A stretch of 26,413 nt of DNA from a virus (lineage: Duplodnaviria > Caudoviricetes). Below the pieces are notes generated by a model, which saw only the letters and a list, made by a program, of their open reading frames with translations, was not told where the DNA came from and made no database searches. The stretch's first letter is position 1. Every line of letters starts with the position of its first letter. The translations under genes and the position numbers were made by a program. Shown here in pieces: positions 1 through 6,453 of the stretch. The DNA is taken from IMG/VR virus record IMGVR_UViG_3300012200_000015, positions 1 to 26,413 of that record. One strand, 5' to 3'.

Positions 1-41
1 AAGCCGGAGCCGAAGCCGTCGCCGTAGCCGGAGCCGGTCAT
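1..41 (-). CDS. 5' fragment of a Gly-rich repeat protein (MTGSGYGDGFGSG...), runs off the window
   Basis: ATG at 41-39 overlaps the stop of 38..406 (ATGA); GGC at every second codon gives a (G-x)n repeat. Confidence 0.65.
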   Translation of the reverse strand, partial: MTGSGYGDGFGSG

Positions 42-406
42 GCCTTCGTGACCGGTACGGCCTGGATGGAAGATGCCCCCATTATGGTGCATGTGTGGAT
101 TTCACTCCATGGAATTTCCACACGAAGCGTTGGCTGGCCGAATTGACATTTCTCGGGGGCCTTAGTACCCTCCGTGGCCAATTGGCTGAGATCAAGCGCG
201 CCATACCAGCGCCGGATGCGTCGCGCCTGTACGAGTACCACGGTGGTGGATTCTCGACTTTCCAGAAATCCCGCAAAAGGGGATGCCGTGGCGCTACGCA
301 CGACCACATAGGGCATGCCATCCACCTCGGGCGCAGGGATCGCGCCATTGGCCAGGACGTAAACCGTGTCATTGATGGTGATTGAATCCGGTATGTTTTT
401 ACTCAT
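38..406 (-). CDS. Conserved phage hypothetical protein (DUF6948-like)
   Basis: RBS AGGAG upstream; motif YVVVRS..PFAGFL...ARRIRRWYGA.DLSQLA.EG resembles a phage family often found beside Gly-rich repeat genes. Confidence 0.7.
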   Translation of the reverse strand: MSKNIPDSITINDTVYVLANGAIPAPEVDGMPYVVVRSATASPFAGFLESRESTTVVLVQARRIRRWYGALDLSQLATEGTKAPEKCQFGQPTLRVEIPWSEIHTCTIMGASSIQAVPVTKA

Positions 407-432
407 TTTCTCTTCTCCTGTTGGATGAAACC

Positions 433-491
433 TTGCGCCTGTGCGAGGAATCGAACCTCACCGATCAGCCCGGCAACCCGCCGGACAGGCG
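433..491 (-). ncRNA. Miniature tRNA-like element (acceptor stem and T-arm, only one internal hairpin)
   Basis: Minus strand: CGCCTGT-CCGGCGGGTTGCCGG-GCTGATCG-GTGAGG-TTCGATT-CCTCGC-ACAGGCG-CAA; intergenic. Confidence 0.55.
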
Positions 492-545
492 TCCCACCTG
501 GGTAGCCCCGGCGCGGGCGGTGAGGCCGCGTGGGTGTCTTTTATT

Positions 546-959
546 TCAGAATGGCGGGTCGTCCGCCGTGGTGCCCGGCGCGGGCGTGCCTTCAGTGACA
601 CGTAATGCCGTGGCGATATCCGCCTGGGTGGCATCCCGGAGCCGCCATGGTGCACTCTTACCAGGCTGCGCTTCGCCCTGGCCGACTCGGCCGAGCACAT
701 TGAGGCCAATCTGATCGCGAAGCTGAGGGATGATGCCCTTGCTGAATACGAGCACATCGTCCCAGATCTTGCCAGGGGTGGCACCCTCCAGCTCGGTCAC
801 CGTGGTGGCGACGGCAGGTGCGACCGAGCCATCCTTGAGCTTCACTTCTGCGAGATATTTACTCGGCTGGAAAAGTAGAAGCTTGCCATCGTAATCACGG
901 AGGTTGAAATGTGGGCCATCTTTCTTGGCCGACGGGGTGCCGGGTGTAGTGAAATCCAT
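546..959 (-). CDS. Putative single-stranded DNA-binding protein
   Basis: 137 aa, beta-rich core, acidic tail ending DDPPF, same operon as the exonuclease. Confidence 0.65.
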   Translation of the reverse strand: MDFTTPGTPSAKKDGPHFNLRDYDGKLLLFQPSKYLAEVKLKDGSVAPAVATTVTELEGATPGKIWDDVLVFSKGIIPQLRDQIGLNVLGRVGQGEAQPGKSAPWRLRDATQADIATALRVTEGTPAPGTTADDPPF

Positions 960-1157
960 TTAGGTTTCCTTTGCTTCTAGTGGTAGCCGCCAAACGTCTT
1001 TGACGAGCTGTAGGCCGAGTGTACTCGGCTCGAGGCATTTCTGGCTAGGGCGATGCCGATCAAATAGTCCCCCACTGCCGAAGGTGTAGTGACAGGCGGC
1101 GCAATGCGCCGCGCCCAGTGCCGCCCAGGTGATGCCGCACGATTTGCACCGGATCAT
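960..1157 (-). CDS. FDXHR-type zinc-binding phage protein
   Basis: CKSC...HCAACHYTF...FDRHR...C motif; start moved to ATG 1157, which overlaps the upstream stop (ATGA). Confidence 0.75.
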   Translation of the reverse strand: MIRCKSCGITWAALGAAHCAACHYTFGSGGLFDRHRPSQKCLEPSTLGLQLVKDVWRLPLEAKET

Positions 1158-1354
1158 GGACCCCACGTGGCCATCGCGCCGCCCCCACAGACATGTTGGT
1201 GCATGGAGAGGTGTCCTAGGTGACGATTGCAAACGAGCGTAATCGTTGGCGCGTGCAGGCCTAGGCGATGCTCATGGGTGATGCCACAAATGACTACATG
1301 TTGTCCCTCGTTCGGATTACGACATGTTGTCGTTCGGCGCGGCACTTCGCTCAC
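1154..1354 (-). CDS. Small Cys/His-rich hypothetical protein
   Basis: 4-nt overlaps with both neighbours; C-x5-H-x3/4-H occurs twice. Confidence 0.65.
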   Translation of the reverse strand: MSEVPRRTTTCRNPNEGQHVVICGITHEHRLGLHAPTITLVCNRHLGHLSMHQHVCGGGAMATWGP

Positions 1355-1527
1355 GCCAGCCGCCCTTTACCCGTCGCGTTGATCCTGACCACATCTAGCG
1401 TCGCTTGTATTTGATCGGCGCGTTGCTTGCTGGATTCATAGAGCATCTTGTATTTGCGCTCATTGTTTCGAGCCTCATTGAGCGCCGTTTCGAGTACTTG
1501 CCATCCCGCACTTTGTGATGCGCTCAT
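1351..1527 (-). CDS. Small coiled-coil hypothetical protein
   Basis: ATGA overlap with the 1524..1688 ORF; helical, charged sequence. Confidence 0.65.
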   Translation of the reverse strand: MSASQSAGWQVLETALNEARNNERKYKMLYESSKQRADQIQATLDVVRINATGKGRLA

Positions 1528-1688
1528 CGCCACGTCACCGTGGCCCCGCTTGTTAACTCGCGCAAATGTGGTCCTGCATGCCCGGCGCGACGCATGCAGG
1601 CAATATATGCCACCTCATCCTCTATTTGCGGCTCACGCCCGCGTGGGTGGATACGAACCGCGCTCCCTGAGGGGCATTGTTGTTTCAT
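1524..1688 (-). CDS. 54-aa Cys/His microprotein, absent from the ORF track (MKQQCPSG...CMRRAGHAGPH...VTWR)
   Basis: Translated by hand; fills the gap exactly with ATGA overlaps at both ends. Confidence 0.7.
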   Translation of the reverse strand: MKQQCPSGSAVRIHPRGREPQIEDEVAYIACMRRAGHAGPHLRELTSGATVTWR

Positions 1689-2668
1689 TTCGCCCCCAAC
1701 TCCTCAAGGCGACGCTTCGATGCCAGTGTGTGTGCATCCGTGAAGGCGTCCTTGTTGTCGCGCCAGATGGCCACAAGTGCGGCATGCGTATCGGCTGCCT
1801 GGATCTGTGCCACGATCGAATCCGGGTCGGTCATTTGTGCCTTGGCCAGCTCGGCATGCGCCTCAACGAATGGGGTATGCATCTTTTTGATCTTCCTCCA
1901 GTTGCGCACTTGCTGACAGAGTTCGACGCCATGCCAGCCCCTGTCTAGGTCCACCCAATAAGGCGTACAGGTGCCAGACCCGGCCGGCATGTGCAGAATG
2001 ATGCCGCGATCTTGATCCACGCCATGCAGGTCGGTACGCACGCCCGTTTCGATATCCAGGAAGCGGCTCCGCGAATAGACCGACATCTGCATGGCAATCT
2101 TCGAACTGGAATGGTCGAGCGAGCCGGTCTTGAGGTCGCCTATGTAGAGCTTGCCATCGGGCATGCGAATGAGACGGTCCGGCGTGCCACCGATCTCGTA
2201 ACCGTCATGGACAACGAATTGTTCAATGGATTCCATGACCATGTAATTCGTCCCAACACAATGGGCGTAAGCAGCTAGGTCGGCGCGGTAGGCCTCGGGG
2301 ATCTCCCCCAGGGCCTCGGTGCGATCCATGCGCTCTGTGAGGGAGTGCAGCGCAGTGCCGATGCTTGCCGCCTTCCCCGCCCCGGCGGCCTCTAGGGCCG
2401 CGTCGGCGAAGCGGTCTAGCGCTTGCTTGTCTTCACGTGATGCAGATGCCGATAGGATGAGGTCTGGGCGATCGACCGCGCCAAGTAGGACCATGCGCAT
2501 TTTCCACTTAGACAGGCCGAATGAGTCCGACAGTGCATCCACAAAGGTGGTGCAACGCGTGTAGGCTTTCGGCTTCCCGCCACCCTCGGCGGGAATGAGC
2601 GGCCGCCCCCAACGGTCGCGCTTGATCTCCGGGCCAGTGGGGGCGGGTTGGGTGAAGTCGGTAGTCAT
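1685..2668 (-). CDS. PD-(D/E)XK exonuclease (RecB/Cas4-like phage recombination nuclease)
   Basis: GTALH, E-QFVV, GTPDR, IGDLKTG and QMSVY motifs; N-terminal RDRWGRP typical of actinophage homologues. Confidence 0.85.
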   Translation of the reverse strand: MTTDFTQPAPTGPEIKRDRWGRPLIPAEGGGKPKAYTRCTTFVDALSDSFGLSKWKMRMVLLGAVDRPDLILSASASREDKQALDRFADAALEAAGAGKAASIGTALHSLTERMDRTEALGEIPEAYRADLAAYAHCVGTNYMVMESIEQFVVHDGYEIGGTPDRLIRMPDGKLYIGDLKTGSLDHSSSKIAMQMSVYSRSRFLDIETGVRTDLHGVDQDRGIILHMPAGSGTCTPYWVDLDRGWHGVELCQQVRNWRKIKKMHTPFVEAHAELAKAQMTDPDSIVAQIQAADTHAALVAIWRDNKDAFTDAHTLASKRRLEELGAK

Positions 2669-2886
2669 TCGCCATCCCCTTCGGCCTCTTCGAGGATTCC
2701 GATCTCCTCAAGGATTCCGACAAGCTCATCAAAGGCATCCTGGGCCTTGAGGATTTCCTTGACCAGTGCGCGCACCTCGTCGTCCGGTGCGTCATTTGGG
2801 TTCATTCCATAACCGAAAAGGAATTCAGCGAGGCCACCTTCGGAATCCACCTTATCGGCGAATTCTTGGCGCGTTCTGTAACTCAT
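2665..2886 (-). CDS. Acidic hypothetical protein
   Basis: GGAGG RBS; 4-nt overlaps on both sides. Confidence 0.7.
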   Translation of the reverse strand: MSYRTRQEFADKVDSEGGLAEFLFGYGMNPNDAPDDEVRALVKEILKAQDAFDELVGILEEIGILEEAEGDGE

Positions 2887-3164
2887 TTCCCCTCCAGGGT
2901 TGCGAGATCATCCGGTACGAGCGTGTCGCTAGCCAGCATGGCATCAATGATGCGGTAGGCGCACTGTAGGGCGTGTAACGCCGTGGCGTTGGCCTTGGCT
3001 TCGCAGTGATGTGCGCGAAGATCAATCCAGGCGTTTAGTGTGTCCCATTGTCGGGCGCGTAGGATCTCGCGTTGTGCCGCGATGAACCTATCGAGCCTGG
3101 CGATTTGGACCCCCGTGACATCAAGGGGATTAACCCCGACCGGATCATTCTTGCGGCGACTCAT
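2883..3164 (-). CDS. Hypothetical protein (MSRRKNDP...)
   Basis: ATG 3164 overlaps the upstream stop (ATGA). Confidence 0.65.
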   Translation of the reverse strand: MSRRKNDPVGVNPLDVTGVQIARLDRFIAAQREILRARQWDTLNAWIDLRAHHCEAKANATALHALQCAYRIIDAMLASDTLVPDDLATLEGK

Positions 3165-3394
3165 GAAGTCATCTCTGACGCAAGTGGCATGGTGGTGGCA
3201 AGGGCTGGGGCGGGCACGAGCGTGCCACGTTCGGCCATCTTGTCCATGTGGTGCTCCACAAGGGCCCAAAGGGCCGAGCATGATCCGTCAGGAAAGCCCT
3301 GATTTACGGCGGCGTCATAACGTCCTTGAAGTTCGGCGAGCTTGGTGCGATCCTGTTCAACTAGGACGGCAAAACCATACGATGATTCGGTCAT
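3161..3394 (-). CDS. Hypothetical protein, first gene of the leftward operon (MTESSYG...)
   Basis: AGGAG RBS 5 nt before ATG 3394. Confidence 0.65.
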   Translation of the reverse strand: MTESSYGFAVLVEQDRTKLAELQGRYDAAVNQGFPDGSCSALWALVEHHMDKMAERGTLVPAPALATTMPLASEMTS

Positions 3395-3409
3395 AATGAC
3401 TCCTGTTAT

Positions 3410-3534
3410 GTCGGGGGTGTGAGGCGGGGGGCGCTGCGATGACACCGACCAGACCCGAGGGGTTAGGGCTTACGGTTCCGCGACCAGGGAGGAAAAGAAC
3501 CCTGGTCGGTGTCATCTTGCAAGCGTCCCCCGAC
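3410..3534 (-). promoter_or_regulatory. Structured leader with nested and competing inverted repeats
   Basis: Perfect 15-bp IR 3438-3452/3502-3516; alternative 9-bp IR 3481-3489/3500-3508; outer 8-bp IR 3410-3417/3527-3534. Confidence 0.65.
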
Positions 3535-3545
3535 GTTGCTCCACA

Positions 3546-3574
3546 AGTAGACACGCGCCGATCGGGACTGTCAA
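3546..3574 (-). promoter_or_regulatory. Candidate leftward sigma70-type promoter
   Basis: TTGACA-17 nt-TCTACT; perfect -35 but non-canonical -10. Confidence 0.4.
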
Positions 3575-3622
3575 GGTGAAACGGAAAATTGTTTTAGGCA
3601 ATTTCCCTAGCATGGAAGTTTC

Positions 3623-3699
3623 GACTTGCGCGAGTGGATTATATGGTTTACGTTATCTACATCACCAACCACAAGGAAGCGAAACCCCGACATGAACCG
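3623..3699 (+). repeat. Direct repeat copy 1: promoter (TTGCGC-17-TACGTT), leader, AAGGAA and ATGAACCG
   Basis: Matches 3923..4002 apart from 4 substitutions and a 3-nt indel. Confidence 0.92.
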
Positions 3700-3901
3700 T
3701 TTAGCCGCCCAGCTCATCGCCCTGGCGATGCTAGTCCTAGCCATCCTAAGCGCGCTGCTCATATGGACCTTAATGACCCGCCCCGATGTTCCGGTAGCAT
3801 GTTTCGTGGATACTCATCCGATTCAACTACAGGGTGTCTACTCACCGGGCGTTATCGCGCATGGTGTCATGATTAACGGGGTGTGCCAAATCACCATCTA
3901 G
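3692..3901 (+). CDS. Small membrane protein (69 aa, N-terminal TM helix)
   Basis: ATG inside repeat 1; hydrophobic LIALAMLVLAILSALLIWTLM; two Cys in the C-terminal part. Confidence 0.7.
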   Translation: MNRLAAQLIALAMLVLAILSALLIWTLMTRPDVPVACFVDTHPIQLQGVYSPGVIAHGVMINGVCQITI

Positions 3902-3922
3902 ATCCCTTAGCACGCCCGCCAG

Positions 3923-4002
3923 GACTTGCGCGAGCGGGTTGCATGGTTTACGTTATCTACATCACCAACTACCACAAGGAAGCGAAACCCCGACATGAAC
4001 CG
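3923..4002 (+). repeat. Direct repeat copy 2: promoter, leader and ATGAACCG
   Basis: Starts exactly 300 nt after copy 1. Confidence 0.92.
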
Positions 4003-4135
4003 CTACATTGCCATTAGTATCACGGCCGACATTCACGTAGTGCGCGATATGACCACTGGGCGCATCATCTCGCGCGCCTTCACACGTGACGCCGCCATGG
4101 CCCGCGCTGCCTGTTTGAACAGGGCGAGCCGATGA
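3995..4135 (+). CDS. 46-aa hypothetical protein (MNRYIAIS...)
   Basis: ATG inside repeat 2; ATGA overlap with the next gene. Confidence 0.7.
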   Translation: MNRYIAISITADIHVVRDMTTGRIISRAFTRDAAMARAACLNRASR

Positions 4136-4338
4136 GCCGCCATTCCCGGGTTGCGGCATTTGAACGACTTAGCAAAAGTCTCGATGACGCCCACCTGGTG
4201 GATGTTAATCCATATTTCATAGTTGGCGTGCTCCATGAAACCTTACGCGATGCCACGATTTCATCACTCGAAAGCGCCGTAAAGGTCATCGACGGGGCCA
4301 TCACAGCTCGTGTCAATGAATCGAGGGGCAAGATATGA
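4132..4338 (+). CDS. Hypothetical protein
   Basis: 4-nt overlaps on both sides. Confidence 0.7.
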   Translation: MSRHSRVAAFERLSKSLDDAHLVDVNPYFIVGVLHETLRDATISSLESAVKVIDGAITARVNESRGKI

Positions 4339-4814
4339 CCGCCACAACGCAAGGCGGCACGTGGTCACTCACTCAAGACGGTAATGAATACATCACCGAC
4401 GCGTGGGGTGCATTCAACAACCTCAAGCAAATGTCATTCTTCCGCGAGAAAGATGAGCTTGGCGGCTTGCGTATCGTCGTGACCGGCGGACGGGATTTCA
4501 AAGATCTCCGTCATGACTTCATCGGCATGCTAGAACTCATCGTCCCTAATGAGCTTCACGAAGGCGGCGCGATGGGGGCCGACCGCCTGGCGGGAGCATG
4601 GGCTGCTCGCGTCAATATCCGACGCGTCACCCACTTGGCCGATTGGCGGCAATATGGGACCATGGCTGGAAGGATTCGCAATCAACAGATGCTCATCGCC
4701 GCAAAGCCGCATTTCGTGATGGCCGCCCCGGGTGGGCGCGGTACACAGCACTGTATTGCCGAGGCGTTACGCCGGGATATTCCGGTCTTCCGCCTTTGTG
4801 GTGACGATTCGTGA
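4335..4814 (+). CDS. SLOG-superfamily protein (YspA/DUF2493-like) with an N-terminal extension
   Basis: IVVTGGRDF, GGAMGAD, ADWRQYG.AG.IRNQQM and PGGRGT motifs. Confidence 0.85.
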   Translation: MTATTQGGTWSLTQDGNEYITDAWGAFNNLKQMSFFREKDELGGLRIVVTGGRDFKDLRHDFIGMLELIVPNELHEGGAMGADRLAGAWAARVNIRRVTHLADWRQYGTMAGRIRNQQMLIAAKPHFVMAAPGGRGTQHCIAEALRRDIPVFRLCGDDS

Positions 4815-5014
4815 GGCGCGATAAGGTGGCCATCAATACCTGCGTATTGAGGCCCCATGTGTATGTCTTTGTGGCCAATTGCACATGCGGCTATGTCGGC
4901 CCCGAGCGAGAACCAAGTCAGATTGCCGCGATTGACCGAGACCTGCACCATCTTGACACCCATCACGTCCGCATCGGATTACCCGATCTATACGAACAGG
5001 AGCTAGACGCATGA
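4811..5014 (+). CDS. Small Cys/His hypothetical protein
   Basis: 4-nt overlaps on both sides; CTCG...HH motif. Confidence 0.6.
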   Translation: MRRDKVAINTCVLRPHVYVFVANCTCGYVGPEREPSQIAAIDRDLHHLDTHHVRIGLPDLYEQELDA

Positions 5015-5373
5015 TCCCCGAAGAGGAAATCGCAAGCCTGCATGAAGAGGTCGCCTCTGCGCATGCCGAGCTGGCCGCCACGCGCCGCGAACTAGAAGCG
5101 TTGCAAGACAAGCTTCTTTTCCAGCCCGCACAGATCTCATCCCTATCGCAACAGGTGGCCATCCTGACGGCCGAGAACCGCGCATTGCATGAGGGGAACC
5201 GTCGCATGGAAAACGGCATGCTGGATCTCATCAAGTCGGACGGCTGTATGCGATGCGAGGAGTTCGACTCATATCGCAATGCGCTCGGCCGCATCACGGC
5301 CAATCTCTCCGCCGTGGGTTTCGTGGACAGCGAGGGTGGCTTCTATGCCGACCCAAATGAGAGTGACGAATGA
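5011..5373 (+). CDS. Coiled-coil protein with CxxC
   Basis: AGGAG RBS; heptad pattern; CMRC. Confidence 0.7.
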   Translation: MIPEEEIASLHEEVASAHAELAATRRELEALQDKLLFQPAQISSLSQQVAILTAENRALHEGNRRMENGMLDLIKSDGCMRCEEFDSYRNALGRITANLSAVGFVDSEGGFYADPNESDE

Positions 5374-5846
5374 TCGGCCAGAAAGGGTCCAAGCTGGCCC
5401 GGTTCGACCTCCTGCCAACCGATGCCCTATGGATCATCGCGGAACAATTTGGCATTGGTGCCGAGAAATATGCCGAACGCAACTGGGAAGAGGGCTATAA
5501 CTGGTCACTCTCCTATGCAGCCCTCCAGCGGCATCTGACGGCATTCTGGGGCGGCGAGGATATGGACCCCGATAGCGAAGGGCGCTCATATCATCTCGGC
5601 GCGGCAGGGTTCCACATCATGGCCATGTTGCACTATCTGCTTGACGGCGGTTACGGGGAGTATGACGATCGACCGGGTAGAACCCTGGATACCCCATCCG
5701 CAAGGGTATGTGGTCATATTTCACCCACGGGGATTGCGAGCTGTCACGGCGAACCGGGGCATTTAGGCCCGCACTGGGGGCCATCTACGCCTATGGTGCT
5801 ACCGTGGCCATACCGCATCTCAGGACGCCTCGGTACCTCGCTCTAG
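5370..5846 (+). CDS. dATP/dGTP diphosphohydrolase domain protein (DUF5664-like) with a C-terminal Cys/His module
   Basis: K..RFDLLP, GAEKY..RNW..G, AALQRHL..FW.GED.D.DS...HL..A motifs. Confidence 0.85.
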   Translation: MIGQKGSKLARFDLLPTDALWIIAEQFGIGAEKYAERNWEEGYNWSLSYAALQRHLTAFWGGEDMDPDSEGRSYHLGAAGFHIMAMLHYLLDGGYGEYDDRPGRTLDTPSARVCGHISPTGIASCHGEPGHLGPHWGPSTPMVLPWPYRISGRLGTSL

Positions 5847-6155
5847 ATGCTCCAGGAGGGCCGCAAAGGTCCTCTTATTGCCCGGTAGGTAGGGCGGGGT
5901 CCAAACCCACCACATGGGGGCCTTGCCTGCCTTGCAGGTCAAGTAGACGCGCTGTGTATAGCTGCGCGGAACGAGCCATTGGGGTTCAATTAGTTTGGTA
6001 AATATATAGGCGTCGAAACGGTCGCCATCATCACAGACCGCATCATCGTAAAGGATATGGATCTGCCAACCGAAGTCCTCGGCCGCCTTGGTGGCACGGC
6101 GAATGCAAAGTGGGCGAGGGTCCTTCGGGGGCTTCGGCTTGGCGACTCTAGCCAT
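5820..6155 (-). CDS. Hypothetical protein, last gene of the long minus-strand operon
   Basis: GAGG RBS, ATG 6155 overlapping the MazG-like gene end. Confidence 0.6.
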   Translation of the reverse strand: MARVAKPKPPKDPRPLCIRRATKAAEDFGWQIHILYDDAVCDDGDRFDAYIFTKLIEPQWLVPRSYTQRVYLTCKAGKAPMWWVWTPPYLPGNKRTFAALLEHLERGTEAS

Positions 6156-6453
6156 GAGTGGCGATATCCTCAACCCATGCCAAACAAACAGCCGCCACCT
6201 GTATCAATTCCTCGGACAGGTGACCCGGCTCGGTAGCCTCGCTCGCCTCATAAACCTCTTCCATGAGAATATCCAGCCAGGTCAGGTTACCCTCGCGCAC
6301 GGCACGGTCACAGCGATGCTTAGCGGCCGTCGCGAGATATCCCAGGGCCTCACTAGTGCCATTAGGGTGCGACTGCCTGCCCCACTTGGCGAGCTGTGCC
6401 TGACGTTCCGCGTAGACGCGGCCGAGAAGCTCATAGAGCGGATCGGGCATCAT
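6148..6453 (-). CDS. MazG-like nucleotide pyrophosphohydrolase
   Basis: ERQAQ..KWG, ILMEEVYEA and EELIQVAAV motifs of the all-alpha NTP-PPase fold. Confidence 0.75.
   Translation of the reverse strand: MMPDPLYELLGRVYAERQAQLAKWGRQSHPNGTSEALGYLATAAKHRCDRAVREGNLTWLDILMEEVYEASEATEPGHLSEELIQVAAVCLAWVEDIATHG

Noticed and set aside
433-491. Functional canonical tRNA gene
   Set aside because: Too short, lacks one arm and a 7-nt anticodon loop; kept only as tRNA-like.
3626-3694. Upstream TTG starts at 3626 and 3926 giving a shared N-terminal peptide (MRE...WFTLSTSPT)
   Set aside because: The TTG is the -35 box and has no RBS; the ATGs after AAGGAA are better starts. The 3-nt indel preserves frame, so this is not fully excluded.
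3623-4002. Direct repeats as a CRISPR array or att sites
   Set aside because: Only two copies, ~80 bp long, separated by a whole gene and containing promoter and start signals. No cas operon or integrase is present; the Cas4-like nuclease is a common stand-alone phage gene.
5370-6453. Z-genome (2-aminoadenine) or deazaguanine modification cluster
   Set aside because: No PurZ, DpdA or Que-type genes or DNA polymerase visible here; hydrolases alone are insufficient evidence.
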